Source: an uncultured Chloroflexia bacterium | GTDB taxonomy: Bacteria; Chloroflexota; Dehalococcoidia; DSTF01; JALHUB01 | NCBI GenBank assembly: GCA_963763495.1 | Contig: CAVXOY010000017.1 | Coordinates: 51,204 to 115,203 of the forward strand | Length of the DNA: 64,000 nucleotides | Reading direction: 5' to 3' | In this document: positions 34,807 to 44,522 of the stretch, one piece after another | Position numbering within the stretch: position 1 is the first letter of the stretch | How the letters are laid out: every line of letters begins with the position of its first letter | Position numbers and translations under genes: made by a program | Notes under the pieces: model-generated | Database searches by the model: none | What the model saw: only the letters and a program-made list of their open reading frames with translations | Told to the model about the DNA's origin: nothing

Positions 34807-35914
34807 AGCGCAGGGCCTCCATAGGTGTAAGCCGGACGGCGCGGATCGCCGGGTAGATGGCGCCGAGCAGGGCAACAATGATGGCCACGACGAGAGCCCG
34901 CACGAACACGTCCAGCGTGTACTGCGGTTCCAGCAGACTCCTCACGGTAGGTATGAATAGGATCGCCCTTATGGCAAGCACGCCAAGCGCCGTGCCTACG
35001 GCAGATGCGATGATGCAAAGAAGGAGCGACTCGCCGATAATCATGCGCAACACTCTGCTCCCGCCCCAGCCGACCGCCCGCAGGATGCCGATCTCCCGCG
35101 TACGCTCTAGTACGGACATCACCATCGTGTTCATGACGCCGATGGCGCCGATCCCAACGGCCAAGACGGATATGGCGATGTTGGCGGCATCGAGTATCTG
35201 GATGCCCTGGTCGACCTTGCTGTAATCACCGACATTCACGAGACTCGCCAAGCCGGGGAAGTACTCCTCGATGCTCTTCGCCACCCGGGCCACGTCGGCG
35301 CCACGCTCGACGGTGACAAAAACGCCCGTCACGACGCCGGACTTGCCGGCAATGTCCTGCACGGTTGCCAGGGGGGCGTAAGCGCCTCCGTCCTCATAGA
35401 GCCTTCCCGTCTGGTAGATGCCCACCACGCGGAAGGAGCGATCTTCAATGGTGATGCTGGCGCCAACCTGGACACCAACGTCGTCGGCAGCGCGCTTGCC
35501 GAGGATCACTTCGTCGGTGGCGCCCTGGCTCCACAGTGTACCTTCAACGAGCGGCGGCGGAGCCCCAGCCAAGCCCTCTGCCGTGCGCCCGATCAGGAAG
35601 AAGTAAGGATTGGAGCCAACACGGGCTATGTGAAAGAGCATTCCGTCGGCGCGGGCGACGCCGGGGTGCTTGGCGAGCGCGGCGACATCTTCCTCAGAGA
35701 CGATGCTGAATGAGAGATCGGCAGATCCTTTCTGAGCGACCATGAAGTCGGCATTGCCCAGGCGGATGACCTGACCGGCAGACTGCTTGAAGCTGGTCGT
35801 GACAACACCGAGAGCCACGACAGTCGTAATGCCGATGCTGATCCCCAATACCGTCAGGCCCGTGCGGATACGCTGGCGGACAAGGTTCTTCAGAATGAGA
35901 GCAACGAAGGTCAT
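34799..35914 (-). CDS. ABC transporter permease, FtsX/MacB type
   Basis: 371 aa. An N-terminal TM helix, a large periplasmic domain and three C-terminal TM helices give FtsX-like topology. Confidence 0.8.
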   Translation of the reverse strand: MTFVALILKNLVRQRIRTGLTVLGISIGITTVVALGVVTTSFKQSAGQVIRLGNADFMVAQKGSADLSFSIVSEEDVAALAKHPGVARADGMLFHIARVGSNPYFFLIGRTAEGLAGAPPPLVEGTLWSQGATDEVILGKRAADDVGVQVGASITIEDRSFRVVGIYQTGRLYEDGGAYAPLATVQDIAGKSGVVTGVFVTVERGADVARVAKSIEEYFPGLASLVNVGDYSKVDQGIQILDAANIAISVLAVGIGAIGVMNTMVMSVLERTREIGILRAVGWGGSRVLRMIIGESLLLCIIASAVGTALGVLAIRAILFIPTVRSLLEPQYTLDVFVRALVVAIIVALLGAIYPAIRAVRLTPMEALRYE

Positions 35915-36249
35915 TTTGCGCTCCTCCCTGTGTCGCGGGATTGCCGAGATGCGGCCCTTTCTCTCGAACCGGATGAACTATCATCCCAAGGTGGGCAGTA
36001 GGCCAAAGGCAGCAAGCCTTCCGGCAGATCGGCCGTCTCTTTGCTGCGGCTGCATACCGACTCAGTGTGACCAGAGAGTCAGACTAACCAGTCCAAGAAT
36101 GCCCCATCGCGCCTGCCCCAGTCAATCTCGTCTTCCTCCTGGAACCCCTTGCTTTGCTGGAAGAAGCGACAGCGCTCGCTGAACGCAGGTCAGTCTCGTT
36201 GACGCCTCGGCGAGAGTGAGCGTAGACTCTGCTCGACAGGAGGGGTCTC

Positions 36250-39200
36250 ATGAAGAAGCGTCTCGCCATTGCTGCCATCGGCATCGCCGTCATCGCTCTC
36301 GCCGGAGCTATCACTCTGATACTCATGTCCGGGCGTGGTGACGGTGGCGACGAGAACGGCGGCACATCTGACTCAACCCACGACACAGACAGCGCGGTCA
36401 CCGTGAAGCTGTCTCCGGATGAAGAGGCGACTTTCCAGTTCCAGGATGAGACCCATCATGCACGCCTGCTGGAGATCGCGGGTTCCTCCGCCCGCATCGA
36501 GCTCTCATCGTCTCCCACCATCGTCACGCTCACCACCGGTCATCCCCAGCAGGTCGACCTGACGGACGACAGCACGCCCGACGCGACCGTGGACCTGCAA
36601 AGCGTCGAGTCATCGGCAGGCGCATCACTCGTGGTCGCCCCGCTGACGCTGCGCAAGTGGGACGAGACGGGGTTCCAGACAAACGGCGGACTCGCTCCCT
36701 ACGACATCGACCAGTACTACGAAAGCGACCCCGCACTTGTTGCGGCTCCCAACGGTGACCTCTGGCTCTTCTACATCGCTCAAGATACGCGGATCCACTG
36801 GGAACGCTACCAGCCGGACGGCCAGATCATCAAAGACCCTCAACTGGCCTCGGGGTGGCTACCAGCCGGGATCGACACGGAATCAATGGACATGGAGTTG
36901 TTGCCCAGCGGTCCCGCCGTCACCTACGCGAGCCGGGGACTGTGGCTTATCTCCTACAATAGCGACATGAGCCAGGTCCAATCGGGCCTCTTCATCGGAC
37001 GCTACTTGGACCACCCGTCCGCGGCTGTGCACGAAGACAAGATGTGGATCGCCGCCCAGGGTCAGCCGGAGACGCTGGCGCTGGACGAGACCGGCGGCAG
37101 AAAGAAGATCGTTATCACCGAGATCGGGGCGGGAACGCCGGTCAGCTACCTGCGCCAGCGCTCGGTGACCGACCCCGGCGAAGACCGCGATCTCCGCCCC
37201 GATATCGTCTACGACGCCCAGTCCGGCAAGCTTGTCGTCACCTATGAGCGGGAGAACCACGGCAGCACGAACGCAGAGCTGCGCCTTGCCGTCATCGACC
37301 CGTCCGATTTGACCGTGGAGAGAGATGTGACCGTCGTTCCGGAGATACCGTTCGGCGACACCGTTCAGCGCAACGCCGTCACCATCTTCGACGGCAAGGC
37401 CCTGGTCTTCTGGACTACCGGCGGCGATCCCGACCTCCATCTGGCCACAGTAGACATCACCACCGGAACGTCAACTGTGCTCTGGGAGGGACTGTCTCGT
37501 CGGAGTGCTCCTGATGTGACGGCGCGCTTCGATGTCGATCTGGTAGCGCTATCGTCAGGCCCCGCTCTTGCCTATCTGGACCCCATGACGGAGGGCGGCT
37601 CCGCCTTCCGTTTCCGGTTCTGGCGGTTCTCAGAGAGCGGCTGGGAGGGTGAGCCGGTGACGCTGGAGGGCGGCCCACCCGTCCTTGCCGACGTGCTCAT
37701 CGACCTCAACGCCTTCAAGCAGAACCCACGCAAGGCGATCTGCGGCAGCCAAACGATCCTCGAAGGGGCGGTGTTCAACCGCGGCAGCCGGGTCGCCCGC
37801 AATGTCCAGGTCGAAGCCTTCGTCGATGGAGTCAGCGTCGGCTCAATCACTCTGGACCAGGTCAAGGCGGGCGAGCAGAAGCCCTTCGCGATCGGTTGGA
37901 CGCCGAGCCCCGACCTGACGGCGGAGTCAGTGACGGTAGAATACGTCATCACGACCGAAGCCGAGGAGTACACCCAGGACAACAACCGGGCCTCTTTCAC
38001 CGCCACCGTGCGCCAGAACGGCGTCATCTTCGGCCGCGTCGTCAACTCGTCATCCGACGTGAACCAGGAGAGCAACTGGTATCCCGGCCTGGAGGGCGTA
38101 CGGATAACGGTCGGCGACACGGTGGTGCTGACCGACATCTCCGGCACCTTCACGATCGACGGCCTCCCATTCGGCAGCTACACGATTCAGGCGGAGAAGG
38201 AGGGCTTCAACCCGCTCTCCACCGACTTCGAGGTGACGCGGACGCGCCCCATGGCCCACGTCGGCATGCTCATGGATAACCACGGCGTTCTCCGCATCAA
38301 GGTCGTTGACCAGGACGGCGCCCCCGTTTCCGGCGTCGACGTCTACCTCATCGCCAACCGCCAGATCAACACAGACCGGCAGCAGCGGCGAACTGGGCTA
38401 CGACATCTCCGCCGGCACTTACCACTTCTCTTTCATCAAGCGCGGCTACTGGAGCATCCCCGACAAGGCTCTTGAGGTCGTCCTCGGCCAGGACCGCACC
38501 GAGACGGTCGTAATGCAGGAGGCTACGACGGCTTTCCTCAGCGGCCAGGTCGTGGACAAGTACGGCGTGGGCGTCGCCGGCGCCTCGGTGACGATCAAAG
38601 CCCCGGACGGCACGGTCGCCGGCCAGTTCACGACTGACGGCAACGGCTTCTTCCCGGAGACGGAGCTCGCCGCCAAGCCGGCCAAGACCTACAAGATCAC
38701 CGCCTCTTCCGGCGGACCTCACCGTGGAGCAGGGAGAACAGCTCTACGGCGGCGATCACCGCTCAGCCGTCGTCGCCCTCGTCCCCGACCGGGGCGACCT
38801 CCGCCTCCGCTCGGCAACCGAAGGCTACACCTCCTGGATGATCGAAGCCTCCTTCCCCGGGTTCATGAGCCTCCCCTCCGCAGCGATGTACGTTTGGTAC
38901 GGCAACTACGCCATCAGCGTCGCGACGCTCTACTGGAGCGGAACCAAGGAACTGGCGGGCGTCGACGTCACTGTGTGGGGCGGCACCTATGAGACCCACG
39001 CTACCCAATCGGAGATCGACCTCACGGAGATGAACCAGGACTACGGCGAACTCTTCGAGACGACGGCGATAGAGGGCTTCGGCGGCCTGATCAAGGAACT
39101 GGCGACAGAGCACTCCTCCGACCTGCTCGACATATTCGGCTCAACGAAAGACCTAATCACAGGCGATGCGGCGGAGGATGCCGTCACAACCGGCCAGGGG

Positions 39201-39680
39201 CGTGAGCTCCTCACCTGGAAAGAAGCGCTGGACGACTTCAACGTCAACCCGGAGTTTGACTCATCCGACCCCTTAGGTTCGATGTGGAGCGTAGTAGAGG
39301 CAGTGCCGACGAGCTTCGCGATACCGATCGTCATCGGCGGCAGCAGCGTCCAGGATACGGCCGTACGTGTCGACCAAGTGGACGTCGTCCGGCTGGCAAC
39401 CGGCGAGGTGCTATGGTCGACCGGCCTCTCAGAGTGGTACTCCCACCAGGGACCGGGCGAAATAGCGAACGAAAACGGCAAACACTATGCGTTCACCAAG
39501 CCTGACGTCGAGTACGATGACGTCGTCATCTACGTCTGGCTCACCGTGCAGAAGCTCTCCTACGGCAGCCTGGGCGGTACCTGCTTCGACCAGCGCGAGC
39601 AACAGGTCGTCGTTTTCCATCCCGGGCCGCGCCGTATGGAAGGGCTCATCGCCCCCGGCGACATGTATCGCAACCCCTAG
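36250..39680 (+). CDS. giant membrane-anchored surface protein (CARDB + 3x carboxypeptidase-regulatory-like domains + unknown C-terminal domain)
   Basis: ATG at 36250 with a GGAGG RBS and N-terminal TM anchor (IAAIGIAVIALAGAITLILM). There is a ~450-aa unknown region, a CARDB domain (VEAFVDGVSVGSITLDQVKAGEQKPF...) and three CarboxypepD_reg-like beta-sandwiches (GRVVNSSSD...TIQAEKEGF; RIKVVDQDGAPVSGV...; GQVVDKYGVGVAGASVTI...). The ~300-aa C-terminal domain is in ORF 38724..39680. Two frame breaks near 38370 and 38720. Confidence 0.7.
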
Positions 39681-39731
39681 GCCCGATGCCGGTCGCGCCA
39701 AACAGACCACCAACGCAGAGGAGACAGCGAG

Positions 39732-40701
39732 ATGAACAGCCGCGAGCGCGTTCTGGCCATGATCGAGGGCCGAGAGGCAGACCATCTGCCGCTGATGCCG
39801 ATCACGATGATGTTCGCGGCTGACCGGCTGGGCGTGAAGTACCGTCACTACGTGTGCGACTACCACACGCTGGTCGAGGCGCAGATAAAGACAGCGGGCG
39901 AGTTCGGGATCGATCACGTGTCGGCGATCTCCGACCCGACGAGAGAGGCGCATGACTGCGGGGCGGCGATCCAGTGGTTCGATGACCAGCCGCCGGCGCT
40001 TGTCGAGGAACGAGCCCTGCTGACGGACAAGGCGGTGCTACACGCTCTCAAGCCGCCCGACCCGGCGGAGGGGCGAATGCTCGACCGCGTGCAAGCGATC
40101 GCTCTCTTCAAGGAGCGCGTCGGCGGTGAGAAGCTGATTGAGGGCTGGGTCGAGGGCCCCTGCGCACTGGGCGCCGATCTGCGGGGCATCAACCGGCTGA
40201 TGCTCGACTTCTTCGACGACCCGCCGTTCGTGCGTGACCTCTTCGAGTTCTCGGTCGAGACGGCGTTGCGCTTCGGCCGTGCCCAGATCGAGGCGGGCGC
40301 CGACATCATCGGCGTCGGCGACGCGGCGGCATCGCTGGTGGGGCCGGCGGTGTACGAGGAGTTCGTCTGGCCCTACGAGAAGCAGCTCGTCGACGGCCTG
40401 CACGCGCTGGGAGGGCGGGTCCGCCTCCACATCTGCGGCAACACCCGCCGCATCCTCGACGGGATGGGGCGTCTGGGCGCCGAGATCGTCGACCTGGACT
40501 GGATGGCCCCGCTGTCGGAGGGGCGGGAGAAGATGGGCGAAGCGTCAGGTCCTGCTGGGCAACATCGACCCTGTCAGCGTCCTCCGCAACGGCTCGCCCG
40601 ACTCCATAACGGCCGCGGTCGCGGAGTGCCACCGGCAGGCGGGGCCACGCTACATCGTCGGCGCGGGCTGCGAGGTGGTGCGCGACACGCCGCTGGACTA
40701 A
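39732..40701 (+). CDS. uroporphyrinogen-decarboxylase (URO-D/MtaA-like) family protein, second paralog
   Basis: MNSRERVLAMIEGREADHLPLMPITMMFAA... with global URO-D-like architecture. The C-terminus ...KRQVLLGNIDPVSVLRNGSPDSITAAVAECHRQAGPRYIVGAGCEV follows a frameshift near 40540. Confidence 0.75.
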
Positions 40702-40807
40702 CCTCAGGGCCATGGCCGAGTACGCGCACTCGCACCAGCCATAGCCCGGCTGGCGCCGTATCCGCCTTCAGTAGTATCATTCCCCTATTCCAGCCCCATG
40801 GAGGCGC

Positions 40808-42041
40808 TTGCCCGTGACTCGAGGAGCGTTCACCGGAGCCAAGGTAGTCGAATATGCCACGATGGTCTCCGGCCCCTACTGCGCCAAGCTCTTCGCCGAC
40901 ATGGGCGCCGACGTCATCAAGGTCGAAGAGCCTCCGGCCGGCGACCCGGCGCGGCAGCGCGGCCCCTTCCCCGGCGACCAGCCTCATCCCGAACGGAGCG
41001 GCCTCTTCCTCTACCTGAACACCAGCAAGCGCGGCGTTACCCTCGACCTCGACCGTCCCAGCGGCTGCGAGGCGTTCCGCCGCCTCCTCTGCCTGGGCGG
41101 ACGTACTCATCGACAACCACAGCCCTGACAGGCTCGAATCTCTCGGGCTCGGCTGGGACGAACTGCGCAAACTCAACCCTGGTCTCATCTATGCCTCTAT
41201 CACGCCCCATGGCCGTACCGGCCCCCGCTCCCAGCAGAAGGGGGGCGAGCTCACTTCGTTCCACGCCGGCGGCCTGGGCAGTCTGCTTCCGACCCGATCG
41301 GAGGACACAAGCCGGTCACCTATCAAGGCCGGCGGCTATCCCACCGGCTACAGCACCGGCCTCACCGCCGCCGTCGCTGTGGCTGGCGCGCTGTACGGGC
41401 GCAAGACGAATGGCGCCGGAAGGCTGATCGACGTGTCGGAGCAAGAGGCCATCCTCGCGCTGGTGAGGACAAACGTGGCCGGGACAATATATCATCGCAG
41501 CCCTTGGAGTCGCGTCCCCGAGCGCCCGCCCGCCTTGGGACGGTTGCAGTGTAGCGATGGCTACGTTGTCGCCCTGCTCATCGAAGACCGCCACTGGCAC
41601 GCCTTCGTCGACCTCATGGGCAACCCGGAGTGGGCCTCGGGTCCGGAATGGGGCTCACTATTCTATCGTGCCGGCCACCTCATGGAGATAGCAGACAAGA
41701 TCGGCGAATGGGCTGCTCAGCAGAAGAAGGAGGACGTACACCACAGAGGGGCGGCCAAGGGCTTCGCGATAGGCTCCGTCTACAACGCCGAGGAGGTCAT
41801 GAACTACCGGCAGTACCTTGCCCGCGACTACTTTGTCGAGGTCGATCATCCTCAGGCGGGCAGGTTTCGATATGCCGGCTGGCCCTACAAGATGCCGGCG
41901 TCGCCACCGCTGGTGCAGCGACCGGCGCCCCTGCTCGGTCAGCACAACAAAGAGGTACTTGAAGACCTGCTTGGCTACTCCGCCGATGAGTTCATAAGCC
42001 TCTGCCGGACGGGAGCAGTGTGGAAGGTCGGCGGGCAATGA
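40808..42041 (+). CDS. family III CoA-transferase (CaiB/BaiF)
   Basis: N-terminus GAKVVEYATMVSGPYCAKLFADMGADVIKVE is the CaiB signature. The C-terminus is in ORF 41379..42041. At least one frame break near 41095. Confidence 0.7.
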
Positions 42042-43201
42042 CACAACCACCTGAGGCAAACCTTCCCCCTCTGCATGGGGTGCGCGTCCTCGACTTCACC
42101 TGGGTCTGGGCCGGACCCTACGCGACGATGCTGCTCGCCATGCTCGGCGCTGAGGTCATCAGGATCGAGAGCGAAGGGCGCCTGGATATCATGCGTCGAA
42201 TCATCATCTGGCCGCTGTTCGCTCCAACACCCCAGGTGATCCCCACCAACCAGGGCATGGCCTTCAACTCCATCAACATGAACAAGCTGGGCGTCACGAT
42301 AGACCTTGAGCGCGCAGAGGGGATCGACCTCGTGAAGCGGCTCGTGGGCGTGAGTGACGTCGTGGTGGAGAACATGAGGGCGGGCACAATGGGGCGCATC
42401 GGGCTCGGCTACGAAGAGCTACGCCAAGTCAACCCAAAGATCATAATGCTGGGTTCCAGCGCCCGCGGGGCAACCGGCCCCGAGAGCCACTACGCGGGTT
42501 ACGCCACCGTTCACCACGCCGTCGGGGGCGCCGCCGAGATAACCGGCTACCCCGACGGCCCTCCCAGCACAACCTTCGGCGACGTCGACCTGATGAATGC
42601 CACCGCATCGGCGTTCGCCGTCATCGCCGCCCTTAACCACCGCGACGCGACCGGCGAAGGACAGTTCATCGACTACTCGCAGTGCGAGGGCGTGACCTCT
42701 CTTATTGGTGAGGTATTGCTCGACTATGAGATGAACGGGCGCAGCCCCGGTCGTCAGGGCAACGCCGACGAACTCATGGCGCCTCACAACGTCTATCGCT
42801 GCTGGGGAGTCGACCGCTGGGTTGCCATCGCCGTGGAGACCGACGAGGAGTTTGCCACCCTCGCCCGCGTCATCGGACAACCGGAGCTTGCCGCCGATCC
42901 CCGATTCGCCGATGCCGCCTCCCGAAAGAAGAACGAGGTCGAGCTTGACAAGATCATCACCGAGTGGACGCGGGCTCGTGACCGCGACTTTATAGCAAAC
43001 ACGCTTGCCCGGGAGGGGATCGCCGCGGCTCCGTCACGCGACGCCGAAGACCTGTTCCACGACCCCCACCTGCGCGCTCGCGACGCCTTCGTCGAGATCG
43101 ACCATCCCGAGCTAGGGCCTCGTGAGTTCGTCGGCCCGCCCTGGAAGATGTCGGACTGCGAGATGGAGGCACAGTGCGCTCCTCTTGCTCGGCGAGCATA
43201 A
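42038..43201 (+). CDS. family III CoA-transferase (CaiB/BaiF), second copy
   Basis: Intact. GVRVLDFTWVWAGPYATMLLAMLGAEVIRIE. The start overlaps the preceding gene's stop by 4 nt, so the two are probably cotranslated and may form a heteromer. Confidence 0.8.
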   Translation: MTQPPEANLPPLHGVRVLDFTWVWAGPYATMLLAMLGAEVIRIESEGRLDIMRRIIIWPLFAPTPQVIPTNQGMAFNSINMNKLGVTIDLERAEGIDLVKRLVGVSDVVVENMRAGTMGRIGLGYEELRQVNPKIIMLGSSARGATGPESHYAGYATVHHAVGGAAEITGYPDGPPSTTFGDVDLMNATASAFAVIAALNHRDATGEGQFIDYSQCEGVTSLIGEVLLDYEMNGRSPGRQGNADELMAPHNVYRCWGVDRWVAIAVETDEEFATLARVIGQPELAADPRFADAASRKKNEVELDKIITEWTRARDRDFIANTLAREGIAAAPSRDAEDLFHDPHLRARDAFVEIDHPELGPREFVGPPWKMSDCEMEAQCAPLARRA

Positions 43202-43298
43202 TGACCGCGTATTTCGGGAGCTGCTGGGCATGGGCGACGAGGAGCTGGCGAAGCTCAGGCGCGAGGGAGTGGTCTCACAACCGCCGCAGGCCTGAGAT

Positions 43299-44054
43299 TC
43301 ACTTGACCTTGCCGGCCAACTCTGGGGGCAACCGTCGGATCGCTTCCCGGAGGGTAACGCCGGACATTCGCGGCTTGTTCTCGACCACGAAACGGAAGAC
43401 CTCCTCCGGCTCCCGCCACGCGATATCCCGCAGCACCCAGCCGATCGCCTTGCGGATGAAGAACTCCTTCTCCTCCATCATCTCCCGGGCGAACGAGTAG
43501 AAGAGGGCTTTGTCGCCCTTGCCGCGGCGGAAGAGGAGAAGCTGCGACAGAAGAGAGGCCCGGCGCACCCAGAAGTTGTCGTCGCGGCTCCACCTATGGA
43601 GATACTCAAAGGCGCGCTGGTCTTTCTCAAGCACAGCGCCCACCAGGTGGACTGATATCTCGTCTACCTGGTCCCAGTTGACCGACTCGCGCAGCATCTT
43701 CTCCAGCAGCGGCATGTCGGCGTAATCGAGGAGAGTGCCGTACTCATCGAGGAGGAAGATGGCAAGAGCCCGCTCTTCGTGGAAGTTGCCGGCCCACAAC
43801 ACCCGGCAGAGCTCCAACACGGCCTCTTTGGCAGTATCCTTGTTCGCCCGGCGAAAGCTCTTGGCGATGGACCTGAGTCGAGGAACCGTGACACCGTAGA
43901 AATCGAATGGGCTCTTGAGGTAGCGCTTCTCCTGCACCGCTCTTTCCGGGTCGGCCAACTCCTTGAACTGCCGCCGGAACTCGGAGACCTGTTCCTCGAT
44001 GATCTGAGCCTTCTCTGACACTGCCCTCTCCTCTAGACTGCATCCGCCTGCCAT
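43299..44054 (-). CDS. DNA alkylation repair enzyme (AlkD-like HEAT-repeat glycosylase family)
   Basis: HEAT-like repeats with ...KRYLKSPFDFYGV..., WAGNFHEERALAIFLL and WVRRASLL. Start taken at the internal Met (MAGGCSLEE...) for a family-typical length of 251 aa. The ORF could extend to 44198. Confidence 0.6.
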   Translation of the reverse strand: MAGGCSLEERAVSEKAQIIEEQVSEFRRQFKELADPERAVQEKRYLKSPFDFYGVTVPRLRSIAKSFRRANKDTAKEAVLELCRVLWAGNFHEERALAIFLLDEYGTLLDYADMPLLEKMLRESVNWDQVDEISVHLVGAVLEKDQRAFEYLHRWSRDDNFWVRRASLLSQLLLFRRGKGDKALFYSFAREMMEEKEFFIRKAIGWVLRDIAWREPEEVFRFVVENKPRMSGVTLREAIRRLPPELAGKVK

Positions 44055-44522
44055 TCTGGAGCGCCGACGGCCGGTCGAGATTGAGGTTAGCGGCTGCCGG
44101 GCGGGAGCGCAACAACTGTAGGGTTTCAGGAGATGTGAGACGAAAGGGAGGTGAATGACGTCGGGCCTGGGCTGTAGGTACGATATGACATGTGTCACCT
44201 CCCAGCTACGATGCTACCCTTAATGACCGCCAGCCTCTCAGGAGAAGGGAAACGGCCGACTGTTGCACATTCATACCGAGCTATGGTAGTTTCCAGAAAA
44301 CTTGAAGTAAGTAGATTCAGTTAGGAGAATCTGCCTAGAGAGTTCTTGATCCCCCGCATTTTCTCTCGGGGTCTATTGCGCATTTTGGCCAGTTTGTGAT
44401 AACAAGAACTTGATGAGTTTGGTGGCGGGAAGAACAAGAAGGAAACTTTCATCGTTTGAGAGCGGCAGCAAGCGTTTGGGTTGCCGCAGTGTTTGCATAA
44501 GCCATGATCGTGGAGGGCAGCT

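Noticed and set aside
44380-44420. Possible sigma-54 promoter (TGGCCA...TTGCAT) upstream of fdnG
   Set aside because: Spacing and the -24 element (TGGCCA rather than TGGCAC) do not fit the consensus well enough to claim.
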